The notes below the pieces were generated by a model, which was given only the letters and a program-made list of their open reading frames with translations, made no database searches and had not been told where the DNA came from. A stretch of DNA of 41,525 nucleotides. Source: a virus (lineage: Duplodnaviria; Caudoviricetes). Both the position numbers and the translations under genes were made by a program. The stretch is from positions 1 through 41,525 of the IMG/VR virus record IMGVR_UViG_3300044267_000733, one strand, 5' to 3'. Positions 17,877 through 28,484 of this stretch are shown here, piece after piece. How positions within the stretch are numbered: the stretch's first letter is position 1; the number at the start of each line of letters is the position of its first letter.

Positions 17877-20800
17877 ATGGGAACTTTAATTTTTAGTACA
17901 CCTACTGATGGATCAGAGGTTTTTTTTGGTTCAATACAACTTACGCCAACAACAGCTTTAAAATCAATTGATTTTGGTACTGTCGTTGATGTTTTAGCAG
18001 AAGGTCAAATAGAAGGAAGTGCAACAGCAAGTAAAGCTGGTATTACAGATAAAACAAGTACTGCATATAAAAATGCTTTTTTAAAAGATTTGTTTTTAAA
18101 TAAAACTGCTGTTTTACAAGCTGATGCCGATAATACAAATCCAGCCGATTCTGAATTTAATTATTTAAGAAATAGAATACAATTTGATTCTCAAGATGGC
18201 ACTATAAATAATAAGGTGCTTTTTGCAGCTGAAAAACAATCTTCAGAAGTAATTACAGGGGATAAAGGACAAGAGTGTACTTTTCCTCAAGGTGGGACAG
18301 CCATACCCAGATCAGGGACTATTTCTGATGTTGAAATAGATACTGTCCAAGTAAAAGTTAAATTTGACCAGTTTTTTAGAATAGATACAGAAACAGGAAA
18401 TAGACTTTCTTCACTTGTAAAAGTTATTATTAAAGCTAATCCTAACAATGGTTCATCACAGCTTTTGATTGATGAAAATGTAATAGGTAGAAGTTTTAAC
18501 CCATACACAAGAGATTATTCAATTGATTTAAGGCTTTTAGATAACTACAACACAAATACTTCTGGTGCGTCAGGTTCATTTTTTCCTGTAGTCATAAGTG
18601 TTGAAAGAGGCACTGTGCAAGGTGATTCAAATACTTTTAATACAATGCGACTAGCAGAAATGCGAAAAATTATAAGAGAGCCACATAATTATCCAAACAT
18701 TGCATACACAGCATTAAGATTTAGCTCTGAATTATTTCCAAATACGCCAGCTAGGTTTTTCAGAATAAGAGGAAAACTTGTCAAGATACCAGATAATGGA
18801 ACAGTAGAGTTAGCAACTGGAAGGTTAACTTATAGCGGAACTTTCAATGGAACTTTTAAAACAGATAAAGCTTGGACAAGTGACCCTGCATGGGTTTTAT
18901 ATGATCTTCTCACCGATACAACAAGTGGGTGTGCGATTCCTGAATCTGAATTAGATCCATATACATTTTATAGTGTCAGTACCTATTGTTCTGCTTTAGT
19001 TGATGACGGTAATGGCGGACAAGAGCCACGTTTTTCAATAAATGTAAATATTAATAATAGGCGTGATGCAATGACATTGATAAAAGATGTCTGTTCTGTA
19101 ATGAGAGCAATGCCTTATTACGAAGAAGGTACAATAAAAATTGCTCAAGATGCACCAAAAGACCATGACAACCCAAGTGCTGTATCTTTTGATTATGTTT
19201 TTAACAATGCAAATGTAATTGAAGGAGCTTTTACTTATTCTGGTACATCATCAAAAACTAGATTTAATGTTATTAATGTTTCATATTTTGACCTAAATAC
19301 GCAAGAAATAGATTATGTGACTGTTGAAGATGCTACTTCAAAAGCAAAATACGGAACACAGACAAAAACAATAAATACTTTTGGTACTACTTCAAGAGGT
19401 CAAGCACAAAGAGTTGGTAAATGGTTTTTACAAACACAACAAAATCAAACTGAGTCAGTTGTTTTTGAAACAAATATTGCGGCTGGATCTGTTTTAAGAA
19501 TTGGTGATGTCATAGGTATTGCTGATAGGGTAAAATCTTCAACGAGGAGAGGCGGTCTTGTTAAAGCAGTTAGCTCTAGTCAGGGTAACTCAAATATAGA
19601 TCAAATAACTTTAGATGATGCTGGAGCTACAAATTTACCAAATACAAGTAATAATGCAAAAATAAGCTGTATGTTAGCTGATGGCACTGTTGAAACAAAA
19701 ACAATAGATGATTATGTTACAGGTAATGTAGTGAAAGTATCAGGAAATTTTACATCTGCACCACTAGTCAATAGCCCTTTTATTCTTGAATCTGGTCAAA
19801 TACCAGTTCAAGCATTTTCAGTTATAAATATAAAAGAAAATACAAAAAAAACTTATACTATTACAGCAATTAATTTTAATGAAAATAAATATTTAGAAGT
19901 TGAAGATGGAACACAACTACCAGAAAAAAATATCAGTATTCTTACAAGCCTTTTGCCATCACCACAAATAATAAACGGAACAGATGGATCAAAAGCTATT
20001 ATAGAATCAATTATTAAGGTTGATGGAAGGCCAGTTCCAAAATTGTTTATTGATTGGCAATCTGTAGAGGGTGCCTCTGGTTATGAACTCATTTATATAA
20101 AAGATGACGAAAACCCTGTTTCTCTATTTAAGCAATTATCTGAACATACAATAATCCCTTCAGAAGCAGGAACTTACAAGATACAAATTTATACAATTAA
20201 CTCTAGAAACAAAAGAAGTTCAACTCCTACTGAAATCACAGTTAATACTGTTGGACTTACTGCTGTTCCTGAAAATCCTACAGGTTTAGAGATAGAGCCA
20301 TTAAATAATTCACAAGTAAGATTATCATGGACAAAGACAACTAGTCTTGATGTTGAATTTGGCGGGGCTTGTGAAATAAGACATACTCCTCGCTCAGTTT
20401 CTTCAGCTACATTTGCAAATTCAAATACATTAAATGAAAATATAAATGGAGCAACTAATGAAGCGATATTGCCAGCCTTATCAGGCACTTATTCTCTTAA
20501 ATTTCGTGATATAGGTGGTAGGTTTTCAGTAACAGAGGCAAAAGTTGAATTAGCACTTCCAGAAATGGAAAATGAATTGCAATTAAAAAATGCGAGTGGA
20601 CTTGATTTTAGAGAAAATCCAACTTTTAGTGGGAATAAAACTAATGTCACTGTTAGTTCTAATTCATTACAACTTTCTAACCCAGCGTCAAATTTAACTG
20701 GCACTTATGAATTTGCATCTGTTTTAGATTTTGAGGCTGTCTATAAAAATATAAGATTAAAAAGACACGTAATTAGTGAAGGATTTAATATATCAGATCA

Positions 20801-21350
20801 GTTTGATTCAATTCCTGATTTAGATGCAAGAGGTAATTTTGACGGTGCTGGTAGTGATCGTACAAAAAGTAAATTACAAGTACAAACATCTCAAGATAAT
20901 TCAAGTTTTACAACAGAACAAAATTTGTTTAATGGAGTATTTAGTGCAAGAGCTTTTAAATTTAAGAGCAATTTAATTTCTGTAGATGTCAATGAAAATA
21001 TAAAATTTACAGAATTAGGTTTTGATGCCTTCTTGCCATTAAGAGAAGAAATTACTTACAAATCTAGTGGAAACATCATTTCAACACCTTTACAATCAAC
21101 AACAAGTGCAAGTGGTCTAGATGTTGTATTTGGTAACCCATTTTTTACAGGAACTACTAATATAGGCGGTTCAACTACTGCTTTCTTGCCCTCAATATCC
21201 ATAGCAACAGAAGATGCCCCATCAGGTGCATTTCATGTGTTAAGTGCTATTTCAAGAGAAGGGTTTACAATAGTATTTAAGAACTCATCTAATACCGTGA
21301 TTGATGTGAAATTTACATTTCAGGCGGTAGGATATGGAAAAGGAGCTTAA
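17877..21350 (+). CDS. Lambda gpJ-like central tail tip/host specificity protein with FN3 repeats
   Basis: AWTSDPAWVLYDLL, EPRFS and TSRGQAQRVGKW motifs; FN3-like segments. Confidence 0.93.
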   Translation: MGTLIFSTPTDGSEVFFGSIQLTPTTALKSIDFGTVVDVLAEGQIEGSATASKAGITDKTSTAYKNAFLKDLFLNKTAVLQADADNTNPADSEFNYLRNRIQFDSQDGTINNKVLFAAEKQSSEVITGDKGQECTFPQGGTAIPRSGTISDVEIDTVQVKVKFDQFFRIDTETGNRLSSLVKVIIKANPNNGSSQLLIDENVIGRSFNPYTRDYSIDLRLLDNYNTNTSGASGSFFPVVISVERGTVQGDSNTFNTMRLAEMRKIIREPHNYPNIAYTALRFSSELFPNTPARFFRIRGKLVKIPDNGTVELATGRLTYSGTFNGTFKTDKAWTSDPAWVLYDLLTDTTSGCAIPESELDPYTFYSVSTYCSALVDDGNGGQEPRFSINVNINNRRDAMTLIKDVCSVMRAMPYYEEGTIKIAQDAPKDHDNPSAVSFDYVFNNANVIEGAFTYSGTSSKTRFNVINVSYFDLNTQEIDYVTVEDATSKAKYGTQTKTINTFGTTSRGQAQRVGKWFLQTQQNQTESVVFETNIAAGSVLRIGDVIGIADRVKSSTRRGGLVKAVSSSQGNSNIDQITLDDAGATNLPNTSNNAKISCMLADGTVETKTIDDYVTGNVVKVSGNFTSAPLVNSPFILESGQIPVQAFSVINIKENTKKTYTITAINFNENKYLEVEDGTQLPEKNISILTSLLPSPQIINGTDGSKAIIESIIKVDGRPVPKLFIDWQSVEGASGYELIYIKDDENPVSLFKQLSEHTIIPSEAGTYKIQIYTINSRNKRSSTPTEITVNTVGLTAVPENPTGLEIEPLNNSQVRLSWTKTTSLDVEFGGACEIRHTPRSVSSATFANSNTLNENINGATNEAILPALSGTYSLKFRDIGGRFSVTEAKVELALPEMENELQLKNASGLDFRENPTFSGNKTNVTVSSNSLQLSNPASNLTGTYEFASVLDFEAVYKNIRLKRHVISEGFNISDQFDSIPDLDARGNFDGAGSDRTKSKLQVQTSQDNSSFTTEQNLFNGVFSARAFKFKSNLISVDVNENIKFTELGFDAFLPLREEITYKSSGNIISTPLQSTTSASGLDVVFGNPFFTGTTNIGGSTTAFLPSISIATEDAPSGAFHVLSAISREGFTIVFKNSSNTVIDVKFTFQAVGYGKGA

Positions 21351-21353
21351 TTA

Positions 21354-22184
21354 ATGGCAAGAGTTAATTCAACTGGAAAAGAATCTGGCAGTAATTTTTC
21401 ACCTGATAACGGTACTGGCCTTGCTGTAAGAGAAGCAATGAAAGATATATTTGAATCATTAAGGACTGTTAATAGTGCTGCTGGTGATCCCTCTGGTGCT
21501 GCTAACCTTGCACCTTATCAATTACACATAAATACATCAAACGCTGGTTCAGGTGAAGCGTTACTGAAAATATATACTGGTAGTGAGTTTAAAACTTTAG
21601 GAAATGTTTTAGTTGATAATTTTGGCTTTTTATCAGCATCAGGAGGTACTCTTACAGGTGTACTAGCTGCTACTGCTGGATCAAATACAGCACCAGCTTT
21701 GCATTTTGGTGATGCTGGAACTGGACTATATAAAAAAGCATCAAATCAATTAGGATTTACTGCTAGTCAAGCCGCAATAGCATTTGTTGACCAATCTAGT
21801 TTAACAATAGAAAATCAAAAAGAATTAAGGCTTTTAGAAAACTCAGGGAGTGAATATGTTGCAATAAAAGCACCAGCTACTCTTGCTGCCAATTTAACTT
21901 TAACTTTACCTGCTGCTGCTCCTACTGCTGCAACTACTGTCAGTGCTGGTTCTGGTTATGCCTTAATCGCTATTGATGAAAGTGGTGCATTAGGTTGGGG
22001 ATTGGCTGGTGGTGCGGAAGGTGCTGCTGGTAGTAATAATCAAATTTTTTGGGAAAACGATCAAGCAGTTACGGCAAGCTATACGGTATCAACTGGAAAA
22101 AACGCTGGAAGTTTTGGGCCAATTACTATAAATTCAGGAGTAGAAGTTACAGTTGGTTCTGGTCAGACGTGGACTGTAGTATAA
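21354..22184 (+). CDS. Tail fibre/adaptor protein
   Basis: Follows gpJ; G/A/T-rich; C-terminal FWEN....NAGSFGPITI..G..VTV..G..WTVV. Confidence 0.75.
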   Translation: MARVNSTGKESGSNFSPDNGTGLAVREAMKDIFESLRTVNSAAGDPSGAANLAPYQLHINTSNAGSGEALLKIYTGSEFKTLGNVLVDNFGFLSASGGTLTGVLAATAGSNTAPALHFGDAGTGLYKKASNQLGFTASQAAIAFVDQSSLTIENQKELRLLENSGSEYVAIKAPATLAANLTLTLPAAAPTAATTVSAGSGYALIAIDESGALGWGLAGGAEGAAGSNNQIFWENDQAVTASYTVSTGKNAGSFGPITINSGVEVTVGSGQTWTVV

Positions 22185-22203
22185 AAATGTTTATAATAAA
22201 TTT

Positions 22204-22716
22204 ATGAGTCAGATTAAAGTTAACAGCTTAGTTCCTACAGGTGGTTTAGATACAGGGGCTTATGGCGGTATTATTCAAATTGTCCCCGCTTTTACAACTT
22301 CACAAACTACTGCCACTAATGCTGATTTTGTAGATGTTGTAGGTTTAAGTGTAACAATCTCACCTTCATCTGAAAATAGTAAATTTTTAATAATGGCATC
22401 ATTTACAGTAAGTCATGAAGACCCAAATTCTGCAATCCGATTAAATTTGGTTAGGAATGGTGTAAACATAGCACAAAGTACAGATAGCGATTTCCCTTGC
22501 ACAAGTATTTTGCATTTTGGAGTAAATACTGGTCAAGCTTTTAATTATTCATACCAACACTTAGACGAAACAGATGTTGACAGTGGTTTATCAGACATAA
22601 CATATAAATATCAAATTAAATCAACTAATGCATCGGACGTTCACGTCAATCGAAGAGGTAATGGTACAGATTTAAAAAGTACAGGAAATTTAATTGTATG
22701 TGAGGTATCAGGATGA
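22204..22716 (+). CDS. Putative receptor-binding/fibre tip protein
   Basis: GLSVTISPSS.NSK.LI and ITYK.Q patterns; MS.IKVN N-terminus. Confidence 0.65.
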   Translation: MSQIKVNSLVPTGGLDTGAYGGIIQIVPAFTTSQTTATNADFVDVVGLSVTISPSSENSKFLIMASFTVSHEDPNSAIRLNLVRNGVNIAQSTDSDFPCTSILHFGVNTGQAFNYSYQHLDETDVDSGLSDITYKYQIKSTNASDVHVNRRGNGTDLKSTGNLIVCEVSG

Positions 22717-23114
22717 GTACTTTATCTGTCAATACTGTTAAAAGTTTGAATATTAATGCACCAGTATTTCAAAATTCCACTGGAACGGAAAAAGGACAAC
22801 TGTGTAAGGCGTGGTGTCATTTTACAGTTTCAAGTGGTACGCCTTCTAGAGATGACAATTTTAATATTTCTGGGATTACTGACCATGGGACGGGTGATTT
22901 CACCTTTGTTTTTGAAACAAATATGGGAAATACTAATTACGCAGCTGTATCAACTTCTGAAGTAAGTAGTTCAAATATAAATATTCCTCAACTTGTTGCA
23001 AGCGGTCAACTTACAACTGGTGTTCGGTTTTCATATTTTAGAATAACAACTTTTGGCGGGGGAGGTCAAAATGTTGATCCTCCAGCTGGAGCAATTGCAG
23101 TTTTTGGAGATTAA
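22713..23114 (+). CDS. Putative fibre tip protein, paralog A
   Basis: MSTL.VNT, KAW..F and FN.S..TD..TG motifs. Confidence 0.7.
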   Translation: MSTLSVNTVKSLNINAPVFQNSTGTEKGQLCKAWCHFTVSSGTPSRDDNFNISGITDHGTGDFTFVFETNMGNTNYAAVSTSEVSSSNINIPQLVASGQLTTGVRFSYFRITTFGGGGQNVDPPAGAIAVFGD

Positions 23115-23116
23115 CT

Positions 23117-23518
23117 ATGTCCACACTTAAAGTTAATACAATTCAAGATGCAAGTGGTGGTAATGCTTCAACGTCAGAGCAACTCCAACAGGGAAGAGCA
23201 AAAGCTTGGGTAAATTTTGATGGCACTGATGACAGCAGTTCAACAGATCCAAGAAATAATAGTTTTAATGTTTCTGGGGTTACTGATAATGCAACAGGCA
23301 TTTATACAATTACTTTTGCTACTAATATGTCGAATGTTAATTATGTAGTGAATATTTCAAAAAGATTAAGTGAAACTGGTGGAGCAACAAGTACAGATGA
23401 TGTTTTGGCTGGACTTGTTAATACCCCACAATTAGCCGCTTCTGTTAGAGTCTATGCAAGGGAAGGGAGTACCAATACTGACTGTAAAGGGATACACGTT
23501 GCTGTTTTTGGTGATTAA
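23117..23518 (+). CDS. Putative fibre tip protein, paralog B
   Basis: Same motifs as the preceding gene; both are 133 aa and end AVFGD. Confidence 0.7.
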   Translation: MSTLKVNTIQDASGGNASTSEQLQQGRAKAWVNFDGTDDSSSTDPRNNSFNVSGVTDNATGIYTITFATNMSNVNYVVNISKRLSETGGATSTDDVLAGLVNTPQLAASVRVYAREGSTNTDCKGIHVAVFGD

Positions 23519-23549
23519 AAATAATTAAGATATACTAAAAGAAAACTTT

Positions 23550-23750
23550 ATGGCTAATTCAGACAAAAGATTTATCTATGCTAATGACGATGGTGGTATT
23601 TCTATTGTTATACCTATGGATAATACTCATTTAACTTTAGATGAAATTAAAGATAAAACTTGTCCTAGTGGTAAGACAGTTTATACTGTAGATAAATCTG
23701 CGATTCCTACTGACAGGAGTTTTAGAAACGCTTGGACTTATACGGAGTAA
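23550..23750 (+). CDS. Fibre-associated hypothetical protein
   Basis: IP.DRSFRNAW motif; synteny. Confidence 0.7.
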   Translation: MANSDKRFIYANDDGGISIVIPMDNTHLTLDEIKDKTCPSGKTVYTVDKSAIPTDRSFRNAWTYTE

Positions 23751-23753
23751 ACA

Positions 23754-24014
23754 ATGGGATTTGGCGTTGACATGGCAAAAGCCAGAGAAATTCATAAGGA
23801 TAATATTCGTGTTGCAAGAGAATCGAAATTTACAGAACTTGATGTTGAGTTTACAAAGGCGTTAGAAGCTGGAACGAGTACAACTGATATAGCAGCAAAA
23901 AGACAAGCTTTAAGAGATGCACCTGCTGATTCTGGGATTGCTGCTGCTAGTGACACTGATGCGTTAAAAGCACAATGGAAAACTGATATACTAGGCACAT
24001 CACCTTATAGTTAA
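23754..24014 (+). CDS. Tail fibre assembly chaperone-like protein
   Basis: R...F..LD..F....RQALRD.P pattern. Confidence 0.65.
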   Translation: MGFGVDMAKAREIHKDNIRVARESKFTELDVEFTKALEAGTSTTDIAAKRQALRDAPADSGIAAASDTDALKAQWKTDILGTSPYS

Positions 24015-24015
24015 A

Positions 24016-24363
24016 ATGGCTATTATTGCTGGAACTTATGATTTTACTGTTCAAAGAAGAGCAGATCATAAAGAGTCAATAAGAATAACCGATTCTAATG
24101 ATGATGCTGTTAATTTATCAGGATTTACTATTGCAGCACAGGTTTGGGATAAAGAAAGGACAGGAAAATATGCAGATTTCACGATTGCTTATACAAACAG
24201 AACAAACGGTGAATTTACAATGAGTCTTTCACACACACAAACTTTGCAATTTACACCCAATGAATTAGTTTATGATGTTTTAATTTTAAATTCTTCAGCA
24301 ACAGAGCGAGAATATTATTTAGAAGGTAATATATTTGTAAGCGAAGGTTATACTACCATCTAA
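24016..24363 (+). CDS. Virion structural protein (Ig-like baseplate/fibre adaptor type)
   Basis: NLSGFT..AQV, YDVL and YYLEG pattern. Confidence 0.6.
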   Translation: MAIIAGTYDFTVQRRADHKESIRITDSNDDAVNLSGFTIAAQVWDKERTGKYADFTIAYTNRTNGEFTMSLSHTQTLQFTPNELVYDVLILNSSATEREYYLEGNIFVSEGYTTI

Positions 24364-24590
24364 TGAGCAACATAAATATCACTCAAAACAAAAACACCGT
24401 TACTGTCAATGGTGAAACTAGAGTTGTCACTGTAAAAACGGCAGGGCCACAAGGTCCTGCTTTTGACATTGAGTTAGTACACACAGATAAAGTTGATAAT
24501 TCTATAATGTACTATGACGCAACTAGTGGTAAGCTGAAACTAGATAGCACTACAACAAAAAGCACACTTTTAGATGGGGGTAACTTTTAG
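24363..24590 (+). CDS. Fibre-associated hypothetical protein
   Basis: GPQGP; ends LDGGNF; coupled to the upstream gene. Confidence 0.7.
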   Translation: MSNINITQNKNTVTVNGETRVVTVKTAGPQGPAFDIELVHTDKVDNSIMYYDATSGKLKLDSTTTKSTLLDGGNF

Positions 24591-24592
24591 AA

Positions 24593-26113
24593 ATGGCTAA
24601 TACAATCAGAATAAAAAGATCAACAGGCTCAAGTAACCCTACCACTCTTGAAAATGCTGAAGTTGCTTTTAGAGAAGGTGATGAAGTTTTAGTTATTGGT
24701 AAAGGTACAGGAGGTGCGGCAGGTTCCGCAACATCTATTGAAGCTATTGGTGGTAAGGGAGCATTTTTTGATAAAGCAACAACTAGAAATGCAAATATTG
24801 TATTAGCTGGTCCTACAACTGGAAGTGCTGCTGCACCTACGTTTAGAGCATTAGTAAGTGATGATATTCCTTCAATAGCACACACCAAGATAAGCGATTT
24901 TGATACAGGTGTACAGGCAAATAGATTAGATCAGATGACAGCCCCTTCTGGTGCTGTATCTTTAAATAGTCAAAAAATAACAAATTTAGCTACACCTACC
25001 GCTAACGGTGATGCAGCTTCAAAGTCTTATGTAGATGGTGTCAGTCAAGGATTAGATATTAAAGAAGCTGTTAAGGTGGCAACAACAGCAAACATCACTT
25101 TATCTGGAACACAGACTATTGATGGAGTTTCTGTTTCTGCTGATGAAAGAGTTCTTGTTAAAAACCAAAGCACTGCAACTGAAAATGGACTATATCTTTG
25201 CAAGGCAAGCTCATGGACAAGGACTGATGACCTAGCAGCGGGTTCAGATGCGTCATCTGTATTTGTATTTGTAGATCAAGGAACTGTCAATTCTGAAAAT
25301 GGCTTTGTCTGTACAAGTTCAAAGGGATCAGCAGTTGTAGATACTAACAATTTAAGCTTTACACAGTTTTCTGGTGCGGGTCAGATTACGGCATCTGACG
25401 GCCTTTCAAAAAGTGGAAATACTTTATCAGTCGATTTAAAGTCAAATGGTGGACTTGTTATTGAATCTGGTGAAATTGCTGTTGATCTTGCCGCTAGTTC
25501 GATCACAAACACTCTTGCGATTGGCGATGGTGGAACGGGTGCCACAAGTGCAAGTGCAGCTAGAACAGCATTAGGCTTAGTTATTGGAACGAATGTACAA
25601 GCATTTGACGCACAACTTAGTGATATAGCTGGTTTAACTCCAACGGATAGTAATTTTATTGTTGGTAATGGATCTAATTTTGTGTTGGAATCTGGAGCTA
25701 CAGCAAGAACTAGTTTAGGATTAGCAATTGGTTCTAATGTTCAGGCTTATGATGCCGATTTAGATAATTTATCTGGTTGTCAATCTGGAGGATCTGCTGC
25801 GTTAGCTGCATTAACTGAAGCTGAAATACAAATACTTGATGGAGCTACTGTTACTACTGCTGAATTGAATATTTTAGATGGAGTCACATCTACCTCTTCT
25901 GAACTTAATATCTTAGATGGAGTTACAGCTACAACTGCTGAAATTAATTTATTAGATGGGGCAACATCTGCTACTTCAACTACATTAGCAGCAGCCGATA
26001 GAGTAGTTTTAAATGATAATGGCACTATGAAACAAGTTGCACTATCTGATTTAGTTACATTTTTAGAAGATGGCTCTACATCTAGTTTCGACATAGATGG
26101 AGGCTCATACTAG
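24593..26113 (+). CDS. Tail fibre protein
   Basis: TIRIKRS N-terminus, AA.KSYVD, RVLVKNQ...ENG.Y, GGTGA motif and ELNILDG repeats. Confidence 0.85.
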   Translation: MANTIRIKRSTGSSNPTTLENAEVAFREGDEVLVIGKGTGGAAGSATSIEAIGGKGAFFDKATTRNANIVLAGPTTGSAAAPTFRALVSDDIPSIAHTKISDFDTGVQANRLDQMTAPSGAVSLNSQKITNLATPTANGDAASKSYVDGVSQGLDIKEAVKVATTANITLSGTQTIDGVSVSADERVLVKNQSTATENGLYLCKASSWTRTDDLAAGSDASSVFVFVDQGTVNSENGFVCTSSKGSAVVDTNNLSFTQFSGAGQITASDGLSKSGNTLSVDLKSNGGLVIESGEIAVDLAASSITNTLAIGDGGTGATSASAARTALGLVIGTNVQAFDAQLSDIAGLTPTDSNFIVGNGSNFVLESGATARTSLGLAIGSNVQAYDADLDNLSGCQSGGSAALAALTEAEIQILDGATVTTAELNILDGVTSTSSELNILDGVTATTAEINLLDGATSATSTTLAAADRVVLNDNGTMKQVALSDLVTFLEDGSTSSFDIDGGSY

Positions 26114-26139
26114 AATCTAATTAATAGGAGAGCAAATCA

Positions 26140-28221
26140 ATGTCAAACACAATTAAACTAAAACGAGGCACAAGCACTCCAACAACAAGTGATATAAGTA
26201 ATGGCGAAGTTGCTATAGATACTTCTGCAAAAAAACTATATGTAAATGATAGTGGAACTGTTAAAGAAATTGGTGGTGGTGGTGGTGGCGGTGGTGTTAC
26301 TTCAGATGCACAAGGCAACACTGTAGGCGGTACAAATGCAGGGGATTCTTTTACAGGAACTGATGCAGAAAAAAATACTTTATATGGATTTAATGCAGGG
26401 ACTTCGATCACTTCTGGTGATCAGCATACCTTTGTAGGTTATGACGCTGGAGCTTCTGTTGTAAATACTACAGATACAGGCGGTTCTACCGCAATAGGCC
26501 ATGAAGCCATGAAAAATGCGACAGGTTACGATAACACTGCTGTAGGAGATAATGCTTTAAAAAATAACAGTTCCAATGGGTATAACGTGGCGGTGGGAAC
26601 TTGGTCACAAAGAGAGACAACTAGCGGTACAAGGAATTGTACTTTAGGAGCTTTTACCGGTCAAAATTTCAGTTCGGGCAGTGATAACGTAATTGCAGGG
26701 TATCAAGCAGGGCAAAATACCACCACTGGAAGTAAGAATGTTTTCCTAGGATTTCGGGCTGGTCAAGGTGGAGGAGGAGTCACTGGAGAGAACAATATTT
26801 GCATAGGTTATAATGTAAATCCTTCAGCTAGTACCTCAAATGAAATAACATTAGGCGACTCTAATATTACTAAGTTTAGAGTTCCAGCTTTAAATTTTGT
26901 TATTAAAAGTAGCACTGCCACACAAGGCCATGTTTTGACGGTTGATGCTAACGGTGAGGCTGGTTTTGCAGCCGCATCAGGGGGTGGTGTTGTATCTGAC
27001 TCTGACAATAATACTGTCGGGGGTACTAATGCCGGTGACAGTATCACAAATGGTACGAATAATACTTTTTTCGGTTACAACGCTGGTACTGCAACTACTT
27101 CTCAAAATAGAAGTACTGCTTTTGGAAGTGAAGCTTTAGCCGCTGCAAGTACTAACTCTGGTGACAACAGTGCTTTTGGACATGAAGCAGGGAAAACAAT
27201 TAGTAGCGGTACAGGAAACACCTGTTTAGGAAGAAGGGCTGGTCAATCGATCACAAATGAAACTGGAAATCTTGTCGCTGGATTCATGGCCGATACCGAA
27301 GGTGATTATAATGTTATGTTAGGTCAGCAAGCTGGTCAGAACAGTACTGGTAGTCAGAGTGTTGTTATTGGTACTTTTGCTGGACAAGATTTTACAGGTT
27401 CTAGCAATCATTTTATAGGTTATGAGTGTGCAAAAGATGCCACATCTTCAACGGAAAACGTATGTATCGGGAGAGGTAGTGCAAGGGATTTAAGTACTGG
27501 TTCTAAAAATGTAATTATTGGACAAGATGCTGCTGATACAGGGACAAATAATCTTACAGTAGGAGATAATAATATAATTATTGGCCATGACGCTACTGCT
27601 AGTGCAGCAGATGTAGATAATGAAATTACTTTAGGTGATTCTAATATTACTAAATTTAGAGTTCCAGCTTTGAATTTTATAGTCAAAAGCAGCACCGCAA
27701 CACAGGGTCATGTATTAACAGTTGATGCAAATGGTGAAGCTGGATTTGCGGCAGCTAGTGGCGGAGGTAAATTAACTTTAATATCAAACACTACATTTAC
27801 TTCAGCCGCAGCAGCAGTAACTTTTACTTCAATTAGTGGTTATACACAATATAAAATTATGTTTTCACTTAATACAAGTGGTGCTGGTACTTTGAGAATG
27901 AGAGTAGGAATTGACGGTACTTATGATACTGGCAACAACTACAATAGAGGTGGATCATCAGACACTTCTATGCAAATACTTGGTGGATTCAGTGCTAAAT
28001 CAAAACATGGCGAAATATTAATTAGTCATTTAAATCAAACAAAATCTACTCAAGTTCATTCTATTGGTGTTGGTGAAAGTAATGATGCAACTGATTCAAA
28101 TATGCAAACGCAAAGCAATGGCCACAGAACTACAACTGCACAAAACTCTATACAGATATTTGGATCATCTGGTGACCTTTCATCAGGAACAATATCTTTA
28201 TATGGAATTGCAACTTCCTAA
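26140..28221 (+). CDS. Tail fibre/adhesin with Gly/Asn-rich repeats and an internal duplication
   Basis: TIKLKRG N-terminus; N...G..AG repeats; duplicated 50-aa block. Confidence 0.85.
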   Translation: MSNTIKLKRGTSTPTTSDISNGEVAIDTSAKKLYVNDSGTVKEIGGGGGGGGVTSDAQGNTVGGTNAGDSFTGTDAEKNTLYGFNAGTSITSGDQHTFVGYDAGASVVNTTDTGGSTAIGHEAMKNATGYDNTAVGDNALKNNSSNGYNVAVGTWSQRETTSGTRNCTLGAFTGQNFSSGSDNVIAGYQAGQNTTTGSKNVFLGFRAGQGGGGVTGENNICIGYNVNPSASTSNEITLGDSNITKFRVPALNFVIKSSTATQGHVLTVDANGEAGFAAASGGGVVSDSDNNTVGGTNAGDSITNGTNNTFFGYNAGTATTSQNRSTAFGSEALAAASTNSGDNSAFGHEAGKTISSGTGNTCLGRRAGQSITNETGNLVAGFMADTEGDYNVMLGQQAGQNSTGSQSVVIGTFAGQDFTGSSNHFIGYECAKDATSSTENVCIGRGSARDLSTGSKNVIIGQDAADTGTNNLTVGDNNIIIGHDATASAADVDNEITLGDSNITKFRVPALNFIVKSSTATQGHVLTVDANGEAGFAAASGGGKLTLISNTTFTSAAAAVTFTSISGYTQYKIMFSLNTSGAGTLRMRVGIDGTYDTGNNYNRGGSSDTSMQILGGFSAKSKHGEILISHLNQTKSTQVHSIGVGESNDATDSNMQTQSNGHRTTTAQNSIQIFGSSGDLSSGTISLYGIATS
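26839..27768 (+). repeat. Internal duplication, 26839-26988 and 27619-27768
   Basis: 48 of 50 aa identical (NEITLGDSN...AAASGGG). Confidence 0.95.
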
Positions 28222-28233
28222 CAGGAGATTTTT

Positions 28234-28473
28234 ATGAACAAATTAGTAGATGGTATTCTTGTCTTAATGACAGACGAAGAAGAAACAGCTAGAAATGCAG
28301 AAGTAGCTGCAGCCCAAGCAGAAGAAACTGCTAATGATTATAAAGTAAGAAGAGTAGAACAGTATGCGAGTTGGCAGGAACAGATGGATATGCAATATTG
28401 GGATAGTGTTAATGGAACAACGACATGGCGAGATCATGTTGCTAAAGTAAAATCAGATAATCCTAAACCCTAA
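28234..28473 (+). CDS. Fibre chaperone-like protein
   Basis: R...Y.SW.EQ.DM.YWD....W......VK...PKP pattern; AGGAG SD. Confidence 0.75.
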   Translation: MNKLVDGILVLMTDEEETARNAEVAAAQAEETANDYKVRRVEQYASWQEQMDMQYWDSVNGTTTWRDHVAKVKSDNPKP

Positions 28474-28484
28474 AAATTTTTATC

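Noticed and set aside
22713-28221. Diversity-generating retroelement acting on fibre genes
   Set aside because: No reverse transcriptase; differences between repeats are mostly synonymous third-position changes, not adenine-specific.
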